Assembly (NCBI GenBank): GCA_964582375.1
Contig: CAZORL010000006.1
Span: forward strand, 611-64,610
Reading direction: 5' to 3'
DNA from: an uncultured Lachnospiraceae bacterium
GTDB taxonomy: Bacteria > Bacillota > Clostridia > Oscillospirales > CAG-272
Length of the DNA: 64,000 nucleotides
Shown: positions 39,090 to 49,600 of the stretch, one piece after another
Layout of the letters: each line of letters starts with the position of its first letter
How positions within the stretch are numbered: position 1 is the stretch's first letter
The notes under the pieces: model-generated
The model's database searches: none
What the model was told of the DNA's origin: nothing
What the model saw: the letters and a program-made list of their open reading frames with translations, nothing else
Position numbers and translations under genes: made by a program

Positions 39090-39713
39090 TCAAAGTGAAA
39101 GCTTGTAATCAAGGAAGGTTCTGATCAGCTTGACCGCGCCGTCAACTCCGAGTTTGGAGGAGGACAGGCAAAGATCGTAATATTTTGCCTCGCCCCACTT
39201 GCGTCCGGTTGTTGAATTGTAGAAGGATGCACGCGAGCGGTCGGTCTTTTTCATCATGTCCGCCGCCTCTTTTTCGGAAATACCGCGCTCACTTGTGATG
39301 CGCTCAATGCGGAATCTGTCGGATGCCGACACAAAGATCGTTGTCAGATCGCAAAGACCCTCGAGGAAATAATCGGCGCATCTGCCGACCATTACGCAGT
39401 TGCCCTTTGATGCAAGGCTCTTTATCGCATTGACCTGCGCGATGTAGAGCTGTGTGCCGATCGTGTTTTCGGCACCGGTTACATGCGCACCGTAATATCC
39501 GCCGCCGGTTGCCAGTGTGTAGAGCAGGGATGACGTGCGCTTTTCGTCGTTTCTCTTGAGCAGATCAATGTGAAGACCGCTCTGTTCTGCCGCATGTACG
39601 AGAATCTCTTTGTCGTAAAATTCGTATCCGAGCTCGGATGCAAGCTGTTTTCCGATCTCAAATCCTCCGCTGCCAAACTGCCTGCCTATAGTTATGATCT
39701 TGTTATTTTGCAT
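39090..39713 (-). CDS. Cytidylate kinase-like family protein (P-loop NTPase)
   Basis: ITIGRQFGSGGFEIGKQLASELGYEFYDKEIL N-terminus, typical of the cytidylate-kinase-like family. Confidence 0.7.
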   Translation of the reverse strand: MQNNKIITIGRQFGSGGFEIGKQLASELGYEFYDKEILVHAAEQSGLHIDLLKRNDEKRTSSLLYTLATGGGYYGAHVTGAENTIGTQLYIAQVNAIKSLASKGNCVMVGRCADYFLEGLCDLTTIFVSASDRFRIERITSERGISEKEAADMMKKTDRSRASFYNSTTGRKWGEAKYYDLCLSSSKLGVDGAVKLIRTFLDYKLSL

Positions 39714-39952
39714 TAATGTGACCTGCCTTTCTGAAAAATATTGCTTTGTCAGCCTGTATATATATTATACAACTTTTTTTGAAAAAAGTCAAGAGTTTTT
39801 TGTCAATCGACCAACTCTCGTCGAAAATATTTGTGAATTTTGAAAAAAGTGAAAAATATTTTTATATCATGCCATCTGTCACCGATTATTCATAATTGTT
39901 TGATATAATCGATAGATATATAAGACCGATGCTTGAAAGGAAGGTGTCGCAT

Positions 39953-41647
39953 ATGAAGATGACAAAATCGTTTACTGCATATCTGCTTGCCTTTGCACTC
40001 CTGCTCTCTCTTTTCTCTTGTGCAAACGACAGCCTCTCCCTTGTGAGCATACGGCAAAATGTCGCAGAATGTATGGTGACACCCGAACTGCTGACAAACG
40101 GCGGTATGCCCGAAAATCTTGCTCACTCGGTGATCACTCTTTCAAATACCGATCTTTCGGGTGCAAAAAGGGCGATGAAAAACGCCATAGAAAATGTCGA
40201 GACTAAATGCGATGTCTCGGCGTATGGTATCAAGACCGATCAAGCGGGCGGACTTTTTGCCGAGATCGTCAACAGCACACCCGAGTTTTTCTACATCTCA
40301 AGCGGAATAAAATTCAGCTACAACAAGACCACGGGGATCGTTTCCGAGATAACATTCGAGTATACGATGACAAAGTCGGAGATCACGCAGGCAAAAAAAT
40401 ATTTTTCTGAACAGGTCGAGGCGATAATATCAAAAAAACCGACCGACATCACCAAAGAGGTCGATATCGCACTTTGGTTTCATGATTATATCTGTCTGAA
40501 TTTCGCCTACGACGCCGATCTCAAGGTGTCCGATGTCTACAATTTCCTAAAAGGCGGCAAGGGTATCTGTCAAGCATATGTCCTTCTCTATATGGAACTA
40601 ATGACACGCATGGGTATCTCATGCAGTTATGTCACCTCGACACAGATGAAACACATATGGAATACCGTGAATATCGACGCTCAATGGTACCATGTCGATC
40701 TGACATGGGATGACGCTCTTCCCGATACGCCCGGAAGGGCAAGACACGATACCTTCCTTTGCTCGGACAGTGCACTGAAAAAGGTCGGTCACGCCGACGG
40801 ATGGAGCGCGCCTGCCGGCTGTATCTCGACACGATTTGACTCGGAGAGCCTTGATGTTATTGATACCGCTTTTGCGCGGATCGACGGCAAATGGTACGCC
40901 GCCGATCGACAGAGCGGCGAGATATGCGAGTTTGATCTTGTCAGTATGTCAAGGCAAAGCGTCTATTTCGTCGATAGGCTCTGGCGAGTGAACGGCAGCT
41001 CGAACGATGCGTTTTATAAGGATCGCTATTTGAGCATATGTGCGATCGACGGCAAACTCTGTTTCAGCGACCCCGACGGTGTGTACTGCCTTGATATTTC
41101 GACTAAGATAGCGGTGAAGCTTGCCTCCCATACGGGAAACGGATGCATATACACGCTCGTTTCAAATGACGGCATAAACCTTGAATACACGGTCAGAACG
41201 ACCCCCGGTTCAGAGCCGATCGATACGGTATATTTCGCGCCGACCTTTCCCGAATTTCATCGCGATCTCGCAGGTTCGGGCGGAGAGCCAACGCCGATTT
41301 TGTCGCTTAAAAAGAGCGATGACGGTCAGATCTTCGATTTTCGCATCGTGCTTGCCTGTGACGATCGTTCATTGATTGATCGTTCGGACTGCCGACTTGA
41401 ACTTGCATTCGGGCGTGGCGAAATGCCCGTAAAGAGCTTTTCTTATAAGCTTCTTGACAATATTTATCTCTATCGTGCAATAGTTGACAAGGATGCGGTC
41501 TATACGGCGGCAAGCGGACAGTGCCTTTTCGGTGCGGCAATAGACGGCATTCCGACCTCCGACGTTGATGTCGCGACGCTCATTTTGCACGACGACCTCT
41601 CGGGCAATGTCCTCTTTGAGTATCGCGTGCCTCTTTCGGAAATGTAA
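39953..41647 (+). CDS. Transglutaminase-like cysteine-peptidase-fold lipoprotein
   Basis: Start trimmed to MKMTKSF (RBS gaaaggaagg). Lipobox LLSLFSC. Transglutaminase core GKGICQAYVLLY...HIWNTVNI...WYHVDLTWDD (Cys-His-Asp). Confidence 0.75.
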   Translation: MKMTKSFTAYLLAFALLLSLFSCANDSLSLVSIRQNVAECMVTPELLTNGGMPENLAHSVITLSNTDLSGAKRAMKNAIENVETKCDVSAYGIKTDQAGGLFAEIVNSTPEFFYISSGIKFSYNKTTGIVSEITFEYTMTKSEITQAKKYFSEQVEAIISKKPTDITKEVDIALWFHDYICLNFAYDADLKVSDVYNFLKGGKGICQAYVLLYMELMTRMGISCSYVTSTQMKHIWNTVNIDAQWYHVDLTWDDALPDTPGRARHDTFLCSDSALKKVGHADGWSAPAGCISTRFDSESLDVIDTAFARIDGKWYAADRQSGEICEFDLVSMSRQSVYFVDRLWRVNGSSNDAFYKDRYLSICAIDGKLCFSDPDGVYCLDISTKIAVKLASHTGNGCIYTLVSNDGINLEYTVRTTPGSEPIDTVYFAPTFPEFHRDLAGSGGEPTPILSLKKSDDGQIFDFRIVLACDDRSLIDRSDCRLELAFGRGEMPVKSFSYKLLDNIYLYRAIVDKDAVYTAASGQCLFGAAIDGIPTSDVDVATLILHDDLSGNVLFEYRVPLSEM

Positions 41648-41733
41648 AATGTTTTTTCTCACCCCCGACAGCCATTGTCGGGGGTGTTTTTCCAACTATT
41701 GGTTGCATTTTTACCCGAATTTGCCGAAAAGTA

Positions 41734-41762
41734 TTGACTTTTTTGCGTGTTTAGTATATAAT
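41734..41762 (+). promoter_or_regulatory. Sigma-A consensus promoter of the ABC exporter pair
   Basis: TTGACT (41734-41739), 17 nt, TATAAT (41757-41762). It overlaps the track ORF start, so the true start is downstream. Confidence 0.7.
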
Positions 41763-41796
41763 GGCAGACAGTACCATATTTTTCGGAGAAATGACA

Positions 41797-43629
41797 ATGA
41801 ATCAAAAAACAAGACAGGGAAGGTCGGGCGGTATTTTCACAATGCTCCTTGATTTTTTGCGAGGAAGCAAGCGATATTATATCATGACCGTCCTTTCGGT
41901 TATCATAAATTCTTTTGCCGACATGATAAATCCGCAGATAATTGCCTTTACGATCGACCATGTCATCGACAGCAAGACACCCGATCAAAACTCTGTTTTT
42001 ACAAGGATCGCGGACAGGTTCGGCGGAATGGGATATCTCGGCGAGCATCTTTGGCTTATCGCTTTGGCGATCGTTGCAGTCTCGCTTGTCTCGGCACTGT
42101 CGAATTTCTTTTACAGAATGTCGCATACGAGAGCCGCGGAATCGACAGTTCGCACCATGCGCAACAGGATATTTCATCATATCGAATATCTGCCGCTCTC
42201 TTGGCATACGCAAAATCGAACCGGTGATATCATCCAGCGTGCGACCTCGGATGTCGATGTCGTCAAGCGTTTTCTGTCCGAACAGCTCGTTGCCATCTTT
42301 GAGATCGTCATAATGCTGACATTCTCGCTCTATTTTATGTTTTCGATGAACAGATCGCTTGCCTTTATTGCTGTCTTGACGATGCCTGTGATAATCGGCT
42401 ATTCAGCGATATTTCACCGTATGATCGGCAAAAGATTTGAGGTATGCGACGAAAATGAAGGAAAGCTGTCCTCGATCGTTCAGGAAAATCTGACGGGAGT
42501 TCGCGTTGTCCGCGCGTTTGGCAGGGAAGCACGCGAGCGTGAAAAATTCGCCGATCAAAACAACCACTACGCTAAAATGCGGCTGAGACTCGGGGCGGTG
42601 CTTGCGGCATTTTGGAGCTCGTCCGACCTGATATCCGGACTTCAGGTAATGCTCGTTGTCGTTTTCGGTGCACTCAAATGTACAAATGGCGAGATGACAG
42701 CGGGCGATTATATCGCTTTCATCTCATATAACTCGATGATCGTGTGGCCGATCAGACGCCTGGGTAGAATGATATCCGAGCTTAGCAAGGCAAGCGTCTC
42801 CATGAAACGCATTCACTCTGTTTTGTCAACGGCGATCGAGCAGGATGCCCCCGATGCCTCAGAGGTCGATATGCACGGCGATATCGTCTTTGATCATGTC
42901 AGCTTTTCTTATGACGGCACCACCGATGTGCTCTGCGATGTCAGTTTTTGCCATCGTGCGGGGCAGACACTCGGCATACTCGGCGGCACTGGATCGGGAA
43001 AATCGACGATAGCTACGCTGCTTGACAAGCTTTATGATCTGCCCGATGGTTGCGGAAAGATAAGCATCGGAGGAGTTGATATCAAAAAAATCAAGACCGA
43101 CCATCTTCGAAAAAATATCGGATTTGTTCTCCAAGAGCCATTTCTTTTCTCACGCACGATCCGAGAAAATATCGAGCTTGCCTCGGACAATATCACATTT
43201 GACGATGTCAAAGAAGCCTCCGAGATCGCCTGCCTTGACAAAGCGGTTGAGCGTTTCGCAAATGGGTACGATACATTCGTCGGCGAGCGCGGCGTGACCC
43301 TTTCGGGCGGACAGAAACAGCGTGCCGCGATTGCACGCATGCTTGCTCAAAAGACACCGATCATGATATTTGACGATTCGCTCTCAGCTGTCGATACCGA
43401 AACCGATGCCAAGATACGCGCATCGCTTGCCGAGCATACAAGCGGTACAAGCGTGATACTTATTGCGCACAGGATAACGACCGTCATGCACGCGGATCAG
43501 ATCATAGTCCTCGATAAGGGTAGGATAGTCGAGTCGGGAAGTCATGACGAGCTTGTCAAAAAGGGCGGACTTTACGCCGAGATATACTCGGTGCAGACAA
43601 ATATGCAAAATGGGGGTGAGCATCGATGA
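41797..43629 (+). CDS. ABC transporter permease/ATP-binding protein (type 1 exporter half-transporter)
   Basis: Start placed at ATG 41797, 9 nt after ggagaa (41791 also possible). 6-TM domain. Walker A GGTGSGKST. Signature LSGGQKQR. Walker B IMIFDDSLSAVD. Confidence 0.85.
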   Translation: MNQKTRQGRSGGIFTMLLDFLRGSKRYYIMTVLSVIINSFADMINPQIIAFTIDHVIDSKTPDQNSVFTRIADRFGGMGYLGEHLWLIALAIVAVSLVSALSNFFYRMSHTRAAESTVRTMRNRIFHHIEYLPLSWHTQNRTGDIIQRATSDVDVVKRFLSEQLVAIFEIVIMLTFSLYFMFSMNRSLAFIAVLTMPVIIGYSAIFHRMIGKRFEVCDENEGKLSSIVQENLTGVRVVRAFGREAREREKFADQNNHYAKMRLRLGAVLAAFWSSSDLISGLQVMLVVVFGALKCTNGEMTAGDYIAFISYNSMIVWPIRRLGRMISELSKASVSMKRIHSVLSTAIEQDAPDASEVDMHGDIVFDHVSFSYDGTTDVLCDVSFCHRAGQTLGILGGTGSGKSTIATLLDKLYDLPDGCGKISIGGVDIKKIKTDHLRKNIGFVLQEPFLFSRTIRENIELASDNITFDDVKEASEIACLDKAVERFANGYDTFVGERGVTLSGGQKQRAAIARMLAQKTPIMIFDDSLSAVDTETDAKIRASLAEHTSGTSVILIAHRITTVMHADQIIVLDKGRIVESGSHDELVKKGGLYAEIYSVQTNMQNGGEHR

Positions 43630-45461
43630 CATCGGCTGAAAAATCAAAAGAGCAAAAGAGCGGCAAGATCCGCTTTTTCGGTATACCGAAGCTTCTCCCT
43701 TATCTAAAAAAATACAGAGCCTTCTATATCGCAATGCTCATTTTGCAGCTTGCGGTCAGCGGTATAGACATACTGCTACCATTCTTTCAAAGCTATGCGA
43801 TCAATACCTTTGTCGGCAAAGGTGCTCTTGAGACTTTTGCATCCTTTGTCATCTTTTATGTCGCAACGCTGATCGTTTCGACCGTCATAAACTTTGCGGT
43901 GACCTATCTTGCGAATTTGATCGAAGAAAGGCTCGACAAAGATCTGCGCGAGAGGGCATTTGACCATTTGCAGACTCTGTCGTTCTCCTATTTCAATCAA
44001 AACAGCGTCGGATATATCCATTCAAGGATAATGAGCGATACGACGAGTATCGGCGAGATCGTTACATGGTATATCATCGACGGCTTGTGGCAGTTTTCGT
44101 ATGTCATAGGTGCGGCGATCGTAATGCTTGTGATCAGCCCGAGGCTTGCTCTGCTCGTTCTCTCGATAATCCCCATAGTCGTGGTGCTTGTCTCTTTCCT
44201 TCAAAAAAAGCTTACCGTCATGAACCGCAACATAAGGGATATCAACTCAAAAATATCGGGCGATTTCAATGAGATGATCACGGGTGCAAAGACGGTAAAA
44301 TCGCTTGTTGTCGAGGATAAAATAGAAGACTCGTTCAAGGCAAATACCGCAAATATGCGTAAGACCTCAGTAGGGGCGACAAGAGTGCGTGCGCTTTTCG
44401 GCTCGATCGTTATATTTGCATCCTCGCTCGCACTTGCCATCGTGCTTTGGCAGGGCGGCAGACTGACTCGCGAGGGTCTGATGCTCGTCGGCACGCTGTC
44501 GATGCTCATGACCTACGCACAGGGAATTATCGAGCCTGTCCGCTGGCTTGTCGATTCACTGTCGGGGATGATCTCGGTAAAGGTCAATATCGAACGACTT
44601 ACGACACTGCTTGAAACAAGCTCGGATGTTGTCGACAGCCCCGAGGTAATAGAAAAATACGGCACGACCTTTGAACCAAAACGCGAAAATTGGGAGAGTC
44701 TTTCGGGCGATATCGAATTTGATGATGTCAGCTTTCACTATCCCGACGGGCAGGAGAGCGTGCTCGAGCATTTTTCGCTGAAGATACCGAAAGGATCAAA
44801 CATTGCGATCGTCGGAGAGACCGGCGCGGGCAAATCAACACTTGTAAATCTCGTGTGCCGATTTTACGAGCCGACAGAGGGTAGGGTGCTTATCGATGGC
44901 AGAGATGTCCGCGAGCGCTCGCAGCTGTGGCTTCACAGCAACATCGGCTATGTGCTCCAAACACCCCATCTTTTCTCGGGTACGGTTCGCGAAAACCTGC
45001 TTTATGCCAAGCCAAACGCTACCGATGATGAAATAAACGAGGCATTAAAGCGCGTATCAGCCGATGCTGTCGTTGCCAAAATGGATAAGGGGATTGACAG
45101 CGAGGTAGGCGAGGGCGGCGATATGCTCTCGACCGGTGAAAAACAGCTGATCTCGTTCGCGCGTGCCATTCTTGCCGATCCGGCAATACTCATTCTTGAC
45201 GAGGCGACCGCGTCGGTCGACACGCTCACCGAAAAGAAGATACAAACTGCCATCTCGGAGATTACGAGAGAGCGAACATCGATAGTAATTGCACACCGAC
45301 TTTCGACTGTTGTCGATGCCGACAGGATACTTGTCGTAAAGGACGGCAAAATAATCGAGTCAGGCAAGCATGCCGAGTTGATGGCGGCAGGCAGACATTA
45401 TTACAAGCTGTACACAAGACAGTACGAAGAGGATGCCGTAAGGACCGCGTTCGGCGACTGA
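43626..45461 (+). CDS. ABC transporter permease/ATP-binding protein (heterodimer partner)
   Basis: ATGA overlap with the upstream gene. Walker A GETGAGKST. Signature LSTGEKQL. Walker B ILILDEATASVD. Confidence 0.85.
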   Translation: MTSAEKSKEQKSGKIRFFGIPKLLPYLKKYRAFYIAMLILQLAVSGIDILLPFFQSYAINTFVGKGALETFASFVIFYVATLIVSTVINFAVTYLANLIEERLDKDLRERAFDHLQTLSFSYFNQNSVGYIHSRIMSDTTSIGEIVTWYIIDGLWQFSYVIGAAIVMLVISPRLALLVLSIIPIVVVLVSFLQKKLTVMNRNIRDINSKISGDFNEMITGAKTVKSLVVEDKIEDSFKANTANMRKTSVGATRVRALFGSIVIFASSLALAIVLWQGGRLTREGLMLVGTLSMLMTYAQGIIEPVRWLVDSLSGMISVKVNIERLTTLLETSSDVVDSPEVIEKYGTTFEPKRENWESLSGDIEFDDVSFHYPDGQESVLEHFSLKIPKGSNIAIVGETGAGKSTLVNLVCRFYEPTEGRVLIDGRDVRERSQLWLHSNIGYVLQTPHLFSGTVRENLLYAKPNATDDEINEALKRVSADAVVAKMDKGIDSEVGEGGDMLSTGEKQLISFARAILADPAILILDEATASVDTLTEKKIQTAISEITRERTSIVIAHRLSTVVDADRILVVKDGKIIESGKHAELMAAGRHYYKLYTRQYEEDAVRTAFGD

Positions 45462-45472
45462 TACGAAAATAC

Positions 45473-45507
45473 AAAAGCAGGATGGCATCAATTGCCATCC
45501 TGCTTTT
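45473..45507. terminator. Bidirectional terminator overlapping the last codons of rsmA
   Basis: 15-bp stem aaaagcaggatggca / tgccatcctgctttt. Confidence 0.75.
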
Positions 45508-46363
45508 GCATTAGGTGGATCTTATCCGAAATATTTGCGAAATCCGTGATATCAAGCTTTTCGCCGCGCACCGCCGCCTCAAGTCCGCATGAAATGACGG
45601 CAGATGTCAAAGCGTCCTTGGACAGATTGGGGAAAGCGGCGGATAGTGCATTCGTCAGCGTCTTGCGTCGCTGACCGAATGCGGCTTTTATGACCTTAAA
45701 AAACAGCTCAGTGTCGATCGGACAGACGGGCGGTATGTCGTACAGCTCTATCTGCACGACCGCACTGTCAACCTTTGGAGCGGGTACAAAATTGCCCGCG
45801 GTGACCGTGAAGAGCCGCTTCGCCCTGCCGTAATAGGCAATTGACGCCGTTACCGCACCGTAGAGTGACGATCCTGCAGGGGCGGAGAGTCTGTCTGCCA
45901 CCTCTTTTTGCACCATCACCGTGATCTTGTCAAATGAGATGCCCGACTCGAGCAGAAACATAAGGATCGGTGTCGTTATGTAGTAGGGAAGATTTGCACA
46001 TACCGAGACCGTTTGACAGTCGGCAAAATGCTCGTCAATTAGTGCTTTCAGATCGACCTTGAGAATGTCAGAGTGTATAACGCTGACATTGTCAAATTCG
46101 GCAAGCGTTTTGTCGAGTATCGGTATCAGAGTGTCATCGATCTCGACCGTGACGACCTTTTTCGCGCGCTTGCACAGCTCACATGTGAGCGTGCCGATGC
46201 CCGGTCCGATCTCGAGCACGCCGCCGTCCGCATCTGTCGATGAATCGGCGATCTTCTCGACGACCGATGCGTTTATGAGAAAATTCTGCCCGAATTTCTT
46301 TTTGAATGATGTTCCCTCGTCCCCGAGCAGAGAACGGATCACTGACAGATCTGTGAGCTTCAT
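45488..46363 (-). CDS. rsmA: 16S rRNA (adenine1518/1519-N6)-dimethyltransferase
   Basis: Start trimmed to MKLTDLSV (RBS aaagaaaggtg). KKFGQNFL motif. SAM motif VLEIGPGIGTLT. NLPYYITTPI. Confidence 0.9.
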   Translation of the reverse strand: MKLTDLSVIRSLLGDEGTSFKKKFGQNFLINASVVEKIADSSTDADGGVLEIGPGIGTLTCELCKRAKKVVTVEIDDTLIPILDKTLAEFDNVSVIHSDILKVDLKALIDEHFADCQTVSVCANLPYYITTPILMFLLESGISFDKITVMVQKEVADRLSAPAGSSLYGAVTASIAYYGRAKRLFTVTAGNFVPAPKVDSAVVQIELYDIPPVCPIDTELFFKVIKAAFGQRRKTLTNALSAAFPNLSKDALTSAVISCGLEAAVRGEKLDITDFANISDKIHLMQKQDGN

Positions 46364-46405
46364 ACGGCACACCTTTCTTTTGATCTTATATATCTTATAT
46401 AACGA

Positions 46406-46433
46406 AATCCCCAAAGGCATAACCTTTGGGGAT
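46406..46433 (-). terminator. Hairpin immediately 3' of tRNA-Thr
   Basis: Minus strand reads aatccccaaagg uuaug ccuuuggggauu followed by ucguuauaua. Confidence 0.55.
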
Positions 46434-46509
46434 TGGAGCTGGTAGCCGGACTTGAACCGGCGACCTGCTGATTACGAATCAGCTGCTCTACCAACTGAGC
46501 CATACCAGC
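46434..46509 (-). tRNA. tRNA-Thr (anticodon CGU), CCA encoded
   Basis: The reverse complement folds as a cloverleaf: acceptor GCTGGTA/TACCAGC, D arm GCTC-AGTTGGTA-GAGC, anticodon arm GCTGA-TTCGTAA-TCAGC, T arm GCCGG-TTCAAGT-CCGGC. 76 nt. Confidence 0.9.
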
Positions 46510-46531
46510 ACATATTTTCGCTGACCCGTAC

Positions 46532-46560
46532 AGTATACCATATTTTTCGGCATTTGTCAA
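46532..46560 (-). promoter_or_regulatory. Sigma-A promoter of tRNA-Thr
   Basis: Minus strand reads TTGACA, 17 nt ending in TGg, TATACT. It lies about 22 nt upstream of the tRNA 5' end. Confidence 0.7.
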
Positions 46561-46582
46561 TAGATTTTCATAAATTTTTGAA

Positions 46583-46616
46583 TTTTCCCCAACATCCGAG
46601 AGGATGTTGGGGAAAA
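46583..46616 (-). terminator. Hairpin downstream of the PFOR gene (terminator-like, atypical tail)
   Basis: 11-bp GC-rich stem ccccaacatcc / ggatgttgggg, extended by T4/A4. No U-run follows it on the minus-strand transcript. Confidence 0.45.
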
Positions 46617-46631
46617 CCGTTAATCTAAGAT

Positions 46632-49600
46632 TTATTCGTTGTAGAGATTGCCGAGTTTGGTAAGTCTGTCGTACTTAGCCTTTGCATTCTCCTCAGCCTT
46701 TGCGAAGAGCTCTTTTGCTCTCTCGGGGAAGGACTGAGCAAGACGTGCGTAACGGGTCTCACCTGTGATAAATTCCTGATAGCTTGCGGTCGGAGCCTTG
46801 CTGTCAAGCGAGAACTTGTTGCCCTCTGCTGCAGGGTTGTAACGGAAGAGGTGCCAGTATCCTGCATCGACAGCTTTCTTCATCTCGCTCTGGCAGTTGG
46901 TCATACCGCCCTTGACACCGTGCATTTCGCAGGGTGCGTAGCCGATGATGAGCGAAGGTCCGGGATATGCCTCAGCCTCGGAGATTGCCTTGATGCACTG
47001 ATTCATATCAGCACCCATAGCGATCTGGGCAACGTAAACATAGCCGTAGGACATTGCGATCTCAGCGAGATTCTTCTTGCCGATTGCCTTGCCTGCTGCT
47101 GCGAACTGTGCGACCTGACCGAGGTTGGATGCCTTCGACGCCTGTCCGCCTGTGTTCGAGTAAACCTCGGTATCGAATACCATGACGTTTACATTCTCGC
47201 CCTGTGCGAGTACATGGTCAAGACCGCCGAATCCGATGTCGTATGCCCAACCGTCGCCACCGAAGATCCAAACAGATTTCTTAACAAGGAAGTCCTTTTC
47301 AGCAAGGATCTTCTTTGCAAGCTCGCCGCATGTCGGGCACTCAACAACTGCCTCAAGAGCAGAAACGAGCGCGTCTGTTGCGACAGCGTTTGCCTTGCCG
47401 TCATCCTTGCTTGCAAGATATGCGTCGATCGCAGTCTTTACAGCGTCGGATGTGGTAACATTTGCAAGCTCGGTTACATAGCCGATGAGCTTCTCGCGGA
47501 GTGCGTTCTGACCGACATACATACCGTAGCCGTGCTCAGCGTTGTCCTCGAAGAGCGAGTTAGCCCATGCGGGACCTCTGCCGCTGTCCTTGTTTACGGT
47601 GTAAGGAGTTGCGGGAGCAGAGCCGCCCCAAATGGAGGAGCATCCTGTTGCGTTCGAAATGTACATTCTCTCGCCGAAGAGCTGTGTGATAAGACGTGCG
47701 TAAGAGGTCTCTGCACAGCCTGCGCAAGAGCCGGAGAATTCAAGCAGCGGCTGATTGAACTGCGAGCCCTTGACAGAGTTGTCTGCAAAAGGAGTTTCCT
47801 TCTTCGAAACGTTTGCGACAGCATAGTCGAATACGGGCTGCTGATCGAGCTGAGTCTCTTGAGGAACCATCTCGAGCGCGCCAACCTTACATACCTTAAC
47901 ACAGAGTGCGCATCCCATACAATCAAGCGGAGATACTGCGATCGTGAACTTGTAGTTCTCGCAGCCCTTGCCGATCATCTTTGCGGTGAACTTTGTTGCC
48001 TCGGGAGCAGCCTCTGCCTCTTCTGCGGTCATTGCGAAAGGACGGATGGTAGCGTGCGGACATACAAAAGAACACATGTTGCACTGGATACACTTTTCAG
48101 CATGCCATACGGGAACGGTAACGGCAACGCCGCGCTTCTCGTAAGCGGCAGCACCCTGCGGGAACGTACCGTCTGCCATATCCTTGAATGTGGATACGGG
48201 CAGGCTGTCGCCGTTCATCTTTCCGACGGGGTTGAGGATCTCCTTGACGAACTTTACAAGCTCGGGACGGTTGCCCTCAATGACTTCCTCGACGGGAGTG
48301 GGATCAAGGCTCTTCCATGACTCGGGAACATCGACCTTAACGATCGCGTCAACACCTGCGTCGATAGCCTTGTAGTTCAGCTCAACGACTGCCTCGCCCT
48401 TCTTGAGGTAGGACTTCTTAGCCATGTACTTCATGTACTCGATAGCCTGATCGATGGGCATGATGTTTGCAAGCTTGAAGAATGCGGACTGGAGAATGGT
48501 GTTGGTGCGCTTGCCCATACCGATCTCAAGTGCCTTGTCGATAGCGTTGATGATGTAGAAACTGATGTTGTTGTTGGCAATGTATGCCTTTGCCTCTGCA
48601 GGGAGGTGCTTGTCAAGCTCCTCGGGCGTCCACTGGCAGTTGAGCAGGAACGTACCGCCGGGCTTTACATCATTGACGATCTTGTAGCCCTTGACCATGT
48701 AAGAGGGTGTGTGGCATGCAACAAAATCGGCTTTGTTGATGTAGTAGGGAGATTTGATCGGCTTGTCGCCAAAACGCAGGTGCGAGATGGTTACGCCGCC
48801 GGTCTTCTTGGAGTCATACTGGAAGTATGCCTGAATGAACTTGTCGGTATGGTCACCGATGATCTTGATCGAGTTCTTGTTTGCGCCGACTGTGCCGTCA
48901 CCGCCAAGACCCCAGAACTTGCAGGAGATCGTTCCCTTTGCCGCCGTGTCCGGAACAGCCTTTTCGGGAAGGGAGAGACCTGTCAGGTCGTCTACGATGC
49001 CGAGAGTGAAGCCGTTCTTCGGCTCGTCGGCGTCGAGATTTTCATAAGCTGCGAAGATGGATGCAGGAGTCGTGTCCTTCGAACCGAGTCCGTATCTGCC
49101 GCCGACGACCTTGATGCCAGATACGCCGCACTGCGAAAGAGCGGTGACAACATCGAGATAGAGCGGTTCGCCGAGTGCACCCGGCTCTTTGGTACGGTCG
49201 AGAACTGCGATCTTCTTAACAGTCTCGGGGAGAACCTCGCAGAGCTTGTTTGCAACGAAAGGACGGTAAAGGCGAACCTTTACAAGACCGACCTTCTCGC
49301 CTGCCGCGAGCTTGTAATCGATAACTTCCTCGATAACGTCGCATACCGAACCCATGGCAATGATGACCTTTTCGGCATCGGGCGCACCGTAGTAGTTGAA
49401 GAGATCGTAATCGGTGCCCAGCTTTTCGTTGACCTTGCCCATGTACTCTTCGACGATTGCGGGAAGAGCATCATAGTAGGGGTTGCATGCCTCTCTGTGC
49501 TGGAAGAAGATGTCGCCGTTTTCAGCCGAGCCGCGAAGAACGGGATGCTCGGGGTTGATCGCGCGTGCACGGAACTCGTTTACGGCGTCCATGTCAACCA

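Noticed and set aside
41797-45461. ABC half-transporter pair as a bacteriocin or peptide export system.
   Set aside because: There is no N-terminal C39 peptidase domain, and no precursor peptide or modification genes are nearby. It looks like a generic heterodimeric exporter.
46360-46560. 66-aa minus-strand ORF spanning the rsmA start and the tRNA region.
   Set aside because: It overlaps a well-folded tRNA-Thr and that tRNA's promoter and terminator, so it is a spurious ORF.
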